Assembly (NCBI GenBank): GCA_964608945.1
Contig: CAZSQB010000001.1
Span: 3,211 to 67,210, forward strand
Direction of reading: 5' to 3'
Source: an uncultured Gammaproteobacteria bacterium
GTDB lineage: Bacteria > Patescibacteriota > Microgenomatia > Levybacterales > UBA12049
Length of the DNA stretch: 64,000 bases
Part shown: in pieces, positions 10,998-20,657 of the stretch
Numbering within the stretch: the stretch's first letter is position 1
Layout of the letters: every line of letters starts with the position of its first letter
The notes under the pieces: generated by a model
What the model was told of the DNA's origin: nothing
What the model saw: only the letters and a program-made list of their open reading frames with translations
Databases searched by the model: none
Translations under genes and position numbers: made by a program

Positions 10998-12493
10998 ATA
11001 AGATAACTATTTTCCTTTTCGTCGCCCTATTTATTCTCGGCTTTTTATTACGAGCACAAGAGACAATTTCCAGAAATTTTATTTTTCTGATTGACCAAGG
11101 TCGCGATATGATGGCGGTTAAGAACATAGTCTTTGACCATCATCTAACACTCATTGGGCCATACACAAGTTTACAGGGGGTATTCCAGGGTCCCTTGTGG
11201 TATTACTTACTCGCTATTCCGGCATTTCTTGCGGATGGAGATCCCTGGGGTAGTGTCGTGCTTATGCTACTGATCAGCCTTGCAATACTCGTGCTTGTTT
11301 TCTTCTGGCTCAAAACAGATTTCGGAAAGGCAACAGCGCTTTTAACTGCATTTTTATTCGCCGTTTCTCCGGAAGCTGTAGCTGCAGCGACATACAGCTG
11401 GAACCCGCATCCGATGTGGCTTTTAATTCCGATCTCAGCACTATCTTTCTATGAGGTTACAAAGAAGAGGTTTAGATTTCATCTTGTTCTTTGGCCCTCT
11501 CTTAGCCTGATGTTCCATTTTGAGACAGCACTTGCGGTATTCTTGTCTATTGCCAGCCTTATTGTTTCGGTAGTATTTTACAGAGCAAATTTGAAAAATA
11601 AATTCTTTTTGTATGGACTGCTTATCGCAGGTATATTTTTTCTTCCGCAGGTACTGTTTGATCTGCGACATGACTTTCTCATGAGCCGCTCGGTGTTAAA
11701 CATTTTTGCGGGAGAGGACCAAGGATTAATAGTAAAAGGTGAGAGCCTGCAGTATATACACGTAATGCAAAACCATGTCGTAGTATTCTTTGAAAACTTC
11801 CGCTCTTCATTTAGCGATGGGAGAAAAATTGTTTTATTTGCAAAGCTATTATCACTCGTTATTGTATTTTTTCTTTTTTTTGGTAAGAAATATAAATTTT
11901 TTTCAAAGGATGAAGACATCTTTGGCATATTGCTGGCAAGAATACTTATCGTTGTCTACTTGTTATCATTTCTTTATCCTTTTCCAATTCGATATTGGTT
12001 TCTCACTGGTTTTCAATCCTATTATCTGCTTCTGTTTGGGTTAGTATTAGGTGCTCTTTGGAGATTTAAAAAGGGAAGAGTATTTGTTTTAGTAACAACA
12101 TTTCTTTTTCTATCTCTTGCCTTACAGAGATTGTACCCACTTTATATTGCTCCACCAAATGATGGAGGAGTGGCAAAAATAAAAGGAAAAATTGATGCAA
12201 TAGATTATATTTATAGTAAAGCTCAGGATAAAAACTTCGGGTTACTAGTTTTTACGCCTCCCGTGAGTACTGACGCATACGACTATCTGATCTGGTGGCA
12301 GGGGAAAAAGAAATATAACTACGTACCGCATAAAGATAAGAAGGGAGAGTTTTATTTGCTGATTGAGCCTGATCCGGGCCAACCCTGGACCTATCAAGGA
12401 TGGCTTGATACTGTAATAAAAACAGGTAAGATTAAAAATACGGTAACTCTGCCGAGCGGATTTATTATTCAACAACGGTACGAAGCTTTATGA
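10994..12493 (+). CDS. GT-C (ArnT/PMT-like) membrane glycosyltransferase
   Basis: IDQGRD loop after TM1, LIGP, QGPLWYY, WNPH; polytopic. Confidence 0.75.
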   Translation: MNKITIFLFVALFILGFLLRAQETISRNFIFLIDQGRDMMAVKNIVFDHHLTLIGPYTSLQGVFQGPLWYYLLAIPAFLADGDPWGSVVLMLLISLAILVLVFFWLKTDFGKATALLTAFLFAVSPEAVAAATYSWNPHPMWLLIPISALSFYEVTKKRFRFHLVLWPSLSLMFHFETALAVFLSIASLIVSVVFYRANLKNKFFLYGLLIAGIFFLPQVLFDLRHDFLMSRSVLNIFAGEDQGLIVKGESLQYIHVMQNHVVVFFENFRSSFSDGRKIVLFAKLLSLVIVFFLFFGKKYKFFSKDEDIFGILLARILIVVYLLSFLYPFPIRYWFLTGFQSYYLLLFGLVLGALWRFKKGRVFVLVTTFLFLSLALQRLYPLYIAPPNDGGVAKIKGKIDAIDYIYSKAQDKNFGLLVFTPPVSTDAYDYLIWWQGKKKYNYVPHKDKKGEFYLLIEPDPGQPWTYQGWLDTVIKTGKIKNTVTLPSGFIIQQRYEAL

Positions 12494-14142
12494 AAATTAC
12501 TAATAGGCTTTTGCTATCAGTGCTTTTTGTTCTCTCTTTACTTCCCCTTTATGACTTGACTCATCCAGGCCTGCCTGTTACACATGATGGACAGGATCAT
12601 GTCATTCGAATTGCAAATTTTTATCAGAATTTAACCGAGGGGAACATTATTCCCCGCTGGAGTAGTAACGTGAACTATAGATTTGGTCATCCGGTACTGA
12701 TGTTTTTCTATCCGCTACCGTATTACGTTGCTTCACTGTTTCATTTTTTTGGGCTTTCTTTGATTGACAGCACGAAAATCGTATTTGCTCTAGCCTATGT
12801 CCTGAGTGGTTATGCGATGTATCTATTCATAAAATCGTTGTTAAACAAGGAAGCAGGATTTGTGGCAGCCATGCTTTACTTATTTGCTCCGTACAGATTT
12901 GTTGATTTTTATGTTCGAGGTGCAATCGGAGAGCATGTCGCTTTTCTCTTCCCACCGCTTGTACTTTATTTTCTTCTTAGATTGTATAAAAAGCAGACAT
13001 ATTGGAGTTTCTTGGGCGGAGTCCTATCGATTGCTGGGCTTATCCTCTCTCACAACGCCATGAGCCTCATGTTTTTGCCGCTCATTTTATTTTTTGGGTG
13101 CTTTTTGCTTTGGAAGGCAAAGTTTCAGAGAAAACTCCTTTTTCAGTTTTTGGCACTCCTTACGCTTGGTTTTGGTGTATCTGCATTTTTTTGGTTTCCT
13201 GCTATGTTTGAGGCAAAATATACGCTTCGAACAATTGTAACAGCTGGTGAGTATGCAAAGAGATTTATCGATCCTTTTGCTCTTTTTGCAGGACCATGGA
13301 GTTATGGTGGATCAGGCGAGCTGAGCGTACAAATCGGCTTAGTGCAAATTGCTCTCGCAGTCGCGGCAGCATTATTTCTCCTAAGCTCTCGTAAAAAGCA
13401 TCGAGAGCAATTTCTGTTTATGCTCGCATTATTGACATATTCGTTAGGAGCAATATTCCTCATGCTGCCAGCCTCAGATTTTATCTGGAGACACATCTCG
13501 ATTTTACAGAGTTTCCAGTTCCCCTGGCGATTTTTATCTGTTATCGTATTCACGACCGCTGTTCTTGGAGCACTCTTTTTTCATACACTCCCCAAAAAAA
13601 TTACCCCCCTTTTTTTAGTCGGTATCGTAATTATCCTTTTGCTAACCACGTATACCTTCTGGAAAGCAAAAGATTTTCTCATAGAGAGTGACTCTTTCTT
13701 TACTCGTGTACAGAGAACAACTACCAATGATACCGGCGAAAGCAGTCCGATCTGGTCGGTGCGATTCATGGAGACAAAGCCAAAAGCCGCAATCGAGGTG
13801 ATTGACGGGAAGGCAGAAGTAAGAAAGCTTGAAAGAAATATTACAAAACACTCATACGAAATTACCACAGATAGTAGGGCGAGAATTCGTGAGAATACGT
13901 TATATTTTCCTGGATGGCAGGTTCTTATTGATGGGACGCCCGTATCTATTGAATTTCAAGATCCGAGAAGCAGAGGGTTAATCACGTTTTTCGTTGAGAG
14001 AGGAAAACACACTGTCTCACTGGTCTTTTCAGAAACAAAACTGCGCCACTTTGCCGATATACTTTCACTTTTCAGTACACTTGTTTTAGTGTTGTTATAT
14101 TTCATCCCTAAGAAATGGATATATGTTCAAAAAACTCGATAG
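12490..14142 (+). CDS. GT-C membrane protein, 'PTPS-related'/YfhO-like family
   Basis: THDG, PRW, YPLPY, APYRF, RGAIGE, QFPWRF, and C-terminal YFPGWQV YfhO-like beta domain. Confidence 0.75.
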   Translation: MKITNRLLLSVLFVLSLLPLYDLTHPGLPVTHDGQDHVIRIANFYQNLTEGNIIPRWSSNVNYRFGHPVLMFFYPLPYYVASLFHFFGLSLIDSTKIVFALAYVLSGYAMYLFIKSLLNKEAGFVAAMLYLFAPYRFVDFYVRGAIGEHVAFLFPPLVLYFLLRLYKKQTYWSFLGGVLSIAGLILSHNAMSLMFLPLILFFGCFLLWKAKFQRKLLFQFLALLTLGFGVSAFFWFPAMFEAKYTLRTIVTAGEYAKRFIDPFALFAGPWSYGGSGELSVQIGLVQIALAVAAALFLLSSRKKHREQFLFMLALLTYSLGAIFLMLPASDFIWRHISILQSFQFPWRFLSVIVFTTAVLGALFFHTLPKKITPLFLVGIVIILLLTTYTFWKAKDFLIESDSFFTRVQRTTTNDTGESSPIWSVRFMETKPKAAIEVIDGKAEVRKLERNITKHSYEITTDSRARIRENTLYFPGWQVLIDGTPVSIEFQDPRSRGLITFFVERGKHTVSLVFSETKLRHFADILSLFSTLVLVLLYFIPKKWIYVQKTR

Positions 14143-15544
14143 GTATTCTCTCTGTTTTGTACTTGTCCTCATTTTGTTTTCCTTCCTGCTTTTTTTTAGA
14201 CTGTCGGACACCTATCTGACAAATTGGGATGAAGCGTGGTATGGGGATATTATCCGAAATATGGCAAAGAATGGGGATCTTTTGACGCCTATTTGGAATA
14301 AAGAACCCTTTTTTGATAAACCGCCACTGTATTTTTGGTTTTCAGCCCTTTCATACAAACTATTTTCGTCTCATGAGTTTGCAATACGGTTTTTTTCGGC
14401 GCTTTCCGCTGCGGGTACTGCGGTTGTGTTATTTTTCCTCGCAACATTACTTTTTAATAAGAAAGTCGCATTGATTTCCGTAGCGGTTCTCATTTCAACG
14501 GTCGGATTTCTGTATCGGGCGAGAACGGGAAATTTGGATGTATTTCTCGCTTTCTGGCTTCTTTTTGCAATTTTTTCTTTTTACAAAGGTTATAAAGAAA
14601 ATAGGCCACGATGGTATTTGATGATGGGTTTTACTACCGCAATGGCTTTTTTAACAAAAGGGGCAATTGCCTATGTTTTTCCTGTCTTTGCGGCTTTGTT
14701 TTTATTGGTGCGAAAGGATCTCAAACAAAATTTTTTTTGGGTAAGCCTTTTATTAAGCATTTCCACTGTTGGGGTGTGGTATGTTGTTAGTTATCTTGTC
14801 AATGGTCCGGAATTTCTACGGACATTTTCAACACACCAATTTATAAAAATATCAAATTCTTATGTGTTCTGGGAAAATTTTTCACTCGATTTTGTTTCCT
14901 ATCTGAAGAGTGGATTAAAAGTATGGTTTCTCTTTTTTGTTCCTGCCTTTCTTTACAGCGTGTACAGATTGAGAAAGACCCCTGTTGTACTACTTTTAGT
15001 CTATCTTTTATTTTTTCTTATTCTTTTGAGTTTCTCGGAGAACAAAAGCAATTGGTTCTTGGTGCCGTTCTACCCCATTATTGCACTTATTGTCGGATAT
15101 AGTATTTCTAACTGGATAACAAAAACTTTGCGAAATAAGTACTCCTTACTTGCCGTGATTGTCGTATTTCTACTGGCCGTTATACAACTCTACATGTATA
15201 AACCTGAGTACATTGTTCCCGATATTGCAGGGAACGAAGCAAGACTCGCCTTGTACGCAAATGAGCACACAAAAGACTCCGATATTCTTTATTTAACAAA
15301 CTATTACTATCCAACGACTATATATTACAGTCGGCGGAGGGTGTATGCGGTATATAGTGATTTTGAGAAGGGAAATGCTTCCTGGATAAAGCCGAAATCG
15401 GACTGGAAGAGAATTTTTCAGAAAGACGATGTGTATATTATTACGACAAAAAATGAATATGATGAACTGCTGCACGCATTTCCAAAGCAGAAATTTACTA
15501 TACTCTTTCAGTCTGGTGATAAATTGTTTGTAAAAAAGATATAA
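14123..15544 (+). CDS. ArnT-family (GT83) glycosyltransferase
   Basis: NWDEAWY, PFFDKPPLYFW, RFFSAL, LTKG: closest to canonical ArnT motifs. Confidence 0.85.
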   Translation: MFKKLDRYSLCFVLVLILFSFLLFFRLSDTYLTNWDEAWYGDIIRNMAKNGDLLTPIWNKEPFFDKPPLYFWFSALSYKLFSSHEFAIRFFSALSAAGTAVVLFFLATLLFNKKVALISVAVLISTVGFLYRARTGNLDVFLAFWLLFAIFSFYKGYKENRPRWYLMMGFTTAMAFLTKGAIAYVFPVFAALFLLVRKDLKQNFFWVSLLLSISTVGVWYVVSYLVNGPEFLRTFSTHQFIKISNSYVFWENFSLDFVSYLKSGLKVWFLFFVPAFLYSVYRLRKTPVVLLLVYLLFFLILLSFSENKSNWFLVPFYPIIALIVGYSISNWITKTLRNKYSLLAVIVVFLLAVIQLYMYKPEYIVPDIAGNEARLALYANEHTKDSDILYLTNYYYPTTIYYSRRRVYAVYSDFEKGNASWIKPKSDWKRIFQKDDVYIITTKNEYDELLHAFPKQKFTILFQSGDKLFVKKI

Positions 15545-15552
15545 TAGTCATA

Positions 15553-15616
15553 TGCCCATTCGACTCTCCGCCAACTGGCGGATCGCTCAGGGCAATAGTG
15601 AGTTTATCGAACTATG
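15553..15616. repeat. Composite intergenic REP-like element: two inverted TTCGA-N4-CTCA units, the first interrupted by an 18-bp TCCGCCA-AC-TGGCGGA hairpin
   Basis: TGCCC ATTCGA CTC TCCGCCAACTGGCGGA TCG CTCA GGGCA, then ATAG TGAG TTTA TCGAA CTAT. Confidence 0.75.
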
Positions 15617-16372
15617 AGTCTTTCGGTCGTGCTTGCAACATACAATGAGGAGAAAAACCTTCCTAAATGCCTATCCTCGGTAAAAGACATTGCGAATGAG
15701 ATTATTATTGTAGATGGCGGCTCACGTGATAAAACTTTGGAAATAGCAAAATCTTTCGGAGCTCAGGTTATTAGCACTGATAACCCACCGATTTTTCATA
15801 TCAACAAACAAAAAGCGATTGATAAGGCAACGAAAGATTGGGTGTTACAGCTTGATGCGGATGAAAAATTAACTCCACAGTTGCGAGCGGAGATTAAAGA
15901 AGTGATTCACAGTAAATCAGCAGCAGATGGCTACTGGATCCCCCGAAAAAACTGGTTTCTTGGTCGTTACCTTATGAAGGGTGGGCAGTATCCTGACTAC
16001 ACACTCAGGCTTTATAGAAGAGGAAAGGGTAGGTTGCCGCAAAAAAGCGTACATGAGCAGGCGGTTGTGGACGGGAGCGTTTCGTATTTACAGCATCCCT
16101 TATTACACAACGCAGACCCAAGCTTTAGGAGGTATTTGCTTCGTTTTGGAAGATATACCGACCTTATAGAGAAAGAGCTCAGGAAAAAAAAGGTAGGATA
16201 CAATCCGCTACATGCAGTAAATAATTTAGCGCTCTTGCCAACGTGGTGGTTTTTTCTGACCTACATTCGTCATAAGGGATTTATGGATTCCTGGCAGGGG
16301 TTTATCTTTTCTTTTTTTTCCTCTTTAAGATTTCCAGTTGCTTATATAAAATATATAAAGAGGAGGAAATAA
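15614..16372 (+). CDS. GT2 glycosyltransferase (KdtX/WaaE-like)
   Basis: LATYNEE, VDGGSRD, QLDADE, YPDYTLRLYR, VHE, GFMDSWQG. Confidence 0.85.
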   Translation: MSLSVVLATYNEEKNLPKCLSSVKDIANEIIIVDGGSRDKTLEIAKSFGAQVISTDNPPIFHINKQKAIDKATKDWVLQLDADEKLTPQLRAEIKEVIHSKSAADGYWIPRKNWFLGRYLMKGGQYPDYTLRLYRRGKGRLPQKSVHEQAVVDGSVSYLQHPLLHNADPSFRRYLLRFGRYTDLIEKELRKKKVGYNPLHAVNNLALLPTWWFFLTYIRHKGFMDSWQGFIFSFFSSLRFPVAYIKYIKRRK

Positions 16373-16373
16373 T

Positions 16374-17387
16374 ATGCGAGTACTCGTTACTGGTGGGGCT
16401 GGATACATTGGTAGCTTCATGACAAAGAGACTGCTGAATGAAGGGTATGATGTCATTGTGCTCGACAGCCTTGAAAATGGTCATAGAGAAGTAATTGACG
16501 AAAAAGCGACCTTTGTACAAGGTAATACTCTTGATAAGAAATTTCTTATTGGAGTGTTTGAGAAATACTCATTTGATGCAGTATTTCACTTTGCTGCGTA
16601 TATATCCATGGGAGAGTCTATGGAGAAGCCAGGAATGTATATTGAGAACAATGTATTTGGAGCCATGCACATCCTTGATGCCATGGTCAAACACAATGTT
16701 AAGACATTTATTTTTTCCTCAACTGCCGGTGTGTACGGTAATCCGGAGGTGGTTCCGATTCCTGAAGATCACCCAAAGCACCCGACAAATCCGTATGGAG
16801 AAAGCAAGCTGTTTGTTGAAAAAATCCTTCATTGGTATCATGTCATTCACGGTATTAATTTTGCTTGTTTACGGTATTTTAATGCCGCGGGCGCAGCATT
16901 AGATGGTTCTTTAGGGGAAGATCATACTCCTGAGACGCATATTATATCCAATATCATAAACGCTGTCCTTAACAATGAAGAGTTCACGCTCTTTGGTACT
17001 GATTACAATACAGATGATGGCACATGTATTCGCGATTATATTCACGTTGTTGATTTGGTTGAGGCGCATATGTTATCCCTAAAAAAATTGCAGAATGAAA
17101 AAGGAGCCTTGTATTACAATGTTGGTACAGGTAAAGGCTACTCTAATAAAGAAGTTATAGAGATGATTAAGAAAGTTTCTTCCAGTGAAATAAAAATAAA
17201 ACATGCAGAAAGAAGACCGGGTGATGCACAGATCCTGGTTGCAAATCCAGACAGGATAAAAAAAGATATAGGTTTTATCCCGAAATACTCAGATCTTGAA
17301 ACGATAATTATAACTGCATGGGAATGGCACAGACGCAAGTCTCGTCCAAAGGACGATCAGCCTTTGGCTGAAAATAATTCAAAATGA
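16374..17387 (+). CDS. galE: UDP-glucose 4-epimerase
   Basis: GGAGYIGS, HFAAYISMGES, SSTAGVYG, YGESK, LRYFNAAGA, GTCIRDYIHV, RRPGD. Confidence 0.95.
   Translation: MRVLVTGGAGYIGSFMTKRLLNEGYDVIVLDSLENGHREVIDEKATFVQGNTLDKKFLIGVFEKYSFDAVFHFAAYISMGESMEKPGMYIENNVFGAMHILDAMVKHNVKTFIFSSTAGVYGNPEVVPIPEDHPKHPTNPYGESKLFVEKILHWYHVIHGINFACLRYFNAAGAALDGSLGEDHTPETHIISNIINAVLNNEEFTLFGTDYNTDDGTCIRDYIHVVDLVEAHMLSLKKLQNEKGALYYNVGTGKGYSNKEVIEMIKKVSSSEIKIKHAERRPGDAQILVANPDRIKKDIGFIPKYSDLETIIITAWEWHRRKSRPKDDQPLAENNSK
17342..17371. repeat. Tandem 15-bp hairpins in the galE 3' end
   Basis: TCGTCC-AAA-GGACGA followed directly by TCAGCC-TTT-GGCTGA. Confidence 0.8.
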
Positions 17388-17911
17388 GAATACATCTCCT
17401 GATTCTCATCGCAACTCTCTTTTTTCTCTTTCTTCCTAAACATATATCATACGCCGAGTCGAGTTATGTTCTACCCTATCCTTCTGAAATGCCTGGTAGC
17501 AAGTTTTATCATGCATTTGCTCTGTGGGACAAAATTATGGAGTATTGGCACTTTGGAAGCTTAAGTCAATTCCGTTACAACCGGGAGCAATCTGATAAAT
17601 ATTTGGTTGAGGCAAAGACGCTTTTTGAATATAAGCAGTATCTTCTGGCGCTGCCAGCGCTTAAAAAATCGGATACATATTTTGAACAAGCAAAATTTTG
17701 GCTTGAAAAAGCAAAAAAAGAACAAAAAACTGATTCAAGAATAACATCACTGTTCCGAGAAGCAGCGTTAAAACATATTGAAGTATTGTTGTTGGTAAAG
17801 AAACAAAGTCCGGAAACATTTGTGTGGCAGCCGGAAAACAAACAGTCAACAGCCCTCTATTTAAAAAATGATATCGAAAAGGCAATCCTGGTTCGACAAT
17901 CATGTCTGTAA
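17384..17911 (+). CDS. Exported helical protein (DUF5667-like)
   Basis: N-terminal signal/TM, YVLPYPSEMPGSKFY motif followed by a helical domain. Confidence 0.55.
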   Translation: MRIHLLILIATLFFLFLPKHISYAESSYVLPYPSEMPGSKFYHAFALWDKIMEYWHFGSLSQFRYNREQSDKYLVEAKTLFEYKQYLLALPALKKSDTYFEQAKFWLEKAKKEQKTDSRITSLFREAALKHIEVLLLVKKQSPETFVWQPENKQSTALYLKNDIEKAILVRQSCL

Positions 17912-19041
17912 AACAAATATTGTTTATTAGTTACGCGCTCTTTTTGTTATCCGTAACAGTATTTTCGTATACGTTTGTTGATAGCAACCTCTCCTACTTA
18001 AACTTCTTATATTCCGGTTTTGCAACGCAAAAAAGAGCAATAGTGACGATCTTGTTTATTTTCATTATTTCTCTTTCATTTGTTTATTATTTTCTTTTCC
18101 TTCGTCTTTTACAAAAAAAACAACTATCTCTCACTGAAGTAAAAATTCTTATCGGCATAGCCATTGGCTTGTTATTCTTTTCTTATCCTGCAATGCTTTC
18201 CTATGACATTTTCAACTATATCGCAACGGCAAAAGTCCTTTTTTTATATTGGGAGAACCCATATATTTTGATGCCAATCGATTTCCCTCATGAACCGCTC
18301 CTTGCTTTTATGCACGCCGCAAACAAAACAGCGTTGTATGGGCCAAGCTGGCTCGTGATCAGCGGAGTACCACATAGTATTGGGGTAGGAAATTTTCTAC
18401 TAACACTTTTCAGTTTTAAGCTATTCATAGTTCTATTCTTTCTTGCAACGGTTCGCCTTATTTGGAAAATATCAAATAACACTTTCTCTGTTTTGTTGTT
18501 TTCTCTCAATCCGCTTATCATTGTTGAAACAATCGTTAGTGGTCATAATGATATCGTCATGATATTTTTTGCTCTCATGGCATATTATTTATTGGTAAGA
18601 AAAAAAATATGGTTGGCAATACCATTTTTTTTACTCTCCGTGTTTATTAAGTATGCAACGTTATTTCTTGTGCCGGTTTTTGCTTACGCGTTATGGAAAA
18701 CATATAGAAAAGAAAAAGTGCATTGGAGTGGCATTTTTTACTACTCATGTCTTTCCCTCTTTGTAATTTTCTTTCTTTCACCAATCCGCGAGGAAATATA
18801 TCCTTGGTACGCGCTGTGGTTTTTGCCCTTTGCATTTTTGATTCCTGAAAGAAAACTGCTTCTTTTTATTTCTCTCATTTTTTCCTTTAGTCTGCTGTTT
18901 CGGTATATTCCCTTTATGCTTACGGGAAACTATTTTGGCATGACGCCTGTTTTGAAGATAGCACTTACTTTTTTTCCTCTTTGTATCGGCTTGGTGTTAC
19001 TTATGATTAATAAACTATGGCGAAAAACGTACTTCCGATAA
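17902..19041 (+). CDS. GT-C glycosyltransferase, MptA/MptB-like polyprenol-phosphomannose-dependent type
   Basis: LSYDIFNY, ENPY, YGP, LNPL, SGHND, IKY, YPWY motifs. Confidence 0.7.
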   Translation: MSVKQILFISYALFLLSVTVFSYTFVDSNLSYLNFLYSGFATQKRAIVTILFIFIISLSFVYYFLFLRLLQKKQLSLTEVKILIGIAIGLLFFSYPAMLSYDIFNYIATAKVLFLYWENPYILMPIDFPHEPLLAFMHAANKTALYGPSWLVISGVPHSIGVGNFLLTLFSFKLFIVLFFLATVRLIWKISNNTFSVLLFSLNPLIIVETIVSGHNDIVMIFFALMAYYLLVRKKIWLAIPFFLLSVFIKYATLFLVPVFAYALWKTYRKEKVHWSGIFYYSCLSLFVIFFLSPIREEIYPWYALWFLPFAFLIPERKLLLFISLIFSFSLLFRYIPFMLTGNYFGMTPVLKIALTFFPLCIGLVLLMINKLWRKTYFR

Positions 19042-20657
19042 TCATCTGTCTAGTTTTTGCCTTTATTGCTGGATTTGCCTTACTGCATCCAGGTCTCCCG
19101 CCAACCCATGATGGAGAATCTCATGTCATACGGTTCTATGAGTTTGATAAAACATTAAGGGATGGAAACGTTTATCCAAGGTGGGCACCTGACTTAAACA
19201 ATGGATATGGCGTACCATTATTTAACTACGTTTATCCGCTTCCCAATTACATAGCCTCATTTTTCCATTTCTTTGGGTTTAGTTTTATCGATGCGCTTAA
19301 ATTAAATCTTTTTTTTGCAACGATGTTTGGGGCAGTGTTTTTTTATGCTTGGTCAAAAGAATATTGGGGCAATCTTGGAGGTATTGTATCGTCAGTTTTT
19401 TATACTTTTTCTCCCTATCGATTCGTTGATATCTATGTCAGAGGATCTGTTGGGGAAGTGTGGGCGCTTGCTTTTTTTCCTGCATTTTTGTGGTCATTTG
19501 ATCAGGTTGTTAAAAGGGAAAAAAATATATATATACCTCTTTCTGCAGTATTTTTGTCACTTATTATTTTTTCTCACAATATTTTGGCAGTAATGTTTTT
19601 TTGTTTTGTTATTTTTTATGCTCTGTATTATCTATTACAACAAAAAAATAAAAAATCTTCTGTCATACCAGTGTTCACTATTGTATTTATTGGTCTTGGC
19701 ATGTCTGCGATTTTTTGGCTGCCTGCCCTGCTGGAGCAAAAATATGCAACAGGCTTGCAGATATTTGATATAAGACAAAATTTTCCGGAAGTTTATGAAC
19801 TATTAATTCCTTCTTGGGGATCAGGTTTTTCTAGAGAAAGCTTAGGGAATAAAATGTCTTACCAGATAGGTGTGTCAAACCTCATTGCGACTTTCATCTC
19901 ATTTATTGGCTGGATTGTTTTATTAAAACGTAAAGATAAAAAAACAGCAAATCTATTACTGTTTTTCCTTGTATCGTTTGCAGTTATATGCTTTCTTATG
20001 CTTAAACAATCACTCTCGATTTGGGAAAAGGTTTCGATTATGCAGTATTTTCAATTTCCATGGCGGTTTTTGAGCCTCATTATTCTTATAACTTCTTTTT
20101 TGGCGGGGAGTATATACAAGTTTTGGACAAATAAAATACTCTTTTTTATTATGATCGGATCTACCGTGCTACTTACGATCGGATATACAAAACCTGCCTA
20201 TTACCACCGCAGACAGGACGCCTACTATCTCACAAGAAGCAATTTTATTGACGGAACAAATAGTCCCGGAAATTTCTTCAATACGATATGGTTTGACAAG
20301 ACGCTGAAAAAACAGACGGCAAAATTAAAGCTGACAGACGCGAAGGATGGACGCATTGCTCAGAATACTGTACAATCGCAATACCATTCGTTTACAGTGG
20401 AAACTGCTAGTGCCACGTCTGCTTCCTTGCAAACCGCTTATTTTCCCGGCTGGAAAGTTTTTCTTGATGGAAAACCAACGGTTATAACAGAGAAGAACGG
20501 TATAATTATCTTTCATCTACAAAAAGGGAGACATATTGTTGAAGCAAAGTTTACTGATACAATAGTAAGAAGGGTTGCTATGATGATTAGTCTTTTGTCG
20601 TTCGCTGTTTTACTGTATATAACGTATAGATCTTTAAATCTTTCCAAGCAAAGATGA
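19017..20657 (+). CDS. GT-C membrane protein, 'PTPS-related'/YfhO-like family
   Basis: THDG, YPRWAPD, YPLP, RGSVGE, QFPWRF, YFPGWKV; paralog of 12490..14142. Confidence 0.75.
   Translation: MAKNVLPIIICLVFAFIAGFALLHPGLPPTHDGESHVIRFYEFDKTLRDGNVYPRWAPDLNNGYGVPLFNYVYPLPNYIASFFHFFGFSFIDALKLNLFFATMFGAVFFYAWSKEYWGNLGGIVSSVFYTFSPYRFVDIYVRGSVGEVWALAFFPAFLWSFDQVVKREKNIYIPLSAVFLSLIIFSHNILAVMFFCFVIFYALYYLLQQKNKKSSVIPVFTIVFIGLGMSAIFWLPALLEQKYATGLQIFDIRQNFPEVYELLIPSWGSGFSRESLGNKMSYQIGVSNLIATFISFIGWIVLLKRKDKKTANLLLFFLVSFAVICFLMLKQSLSIWEKVSIMQYFQFPWRFLSLIILITSFLAGSIYKFWTNKILFFIMIGSTVLLTIGYTKPAYYHRRQDAYYLTRSNFIDGTNSPGNFFNTIWFDKTLKKQTAKLKLTDAKDGRIAQNTVQSQYHSFTVETASATSASLQTAYFPGWKVFLDGKPTVITEKNGIIIFHLQKGRHIVEAKFTDTIVRRVAMMISLLSFAVLLYITYRSLNLSKQR

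Noticed and set aside
14123-15544. Lipid A modification (arn operon)
   Set aside because: ArnT-like motifs are present but arnA/arnD/arnEF and lipid A genes are not; the family is broadly expanded here, so no gene symbol was assigned.
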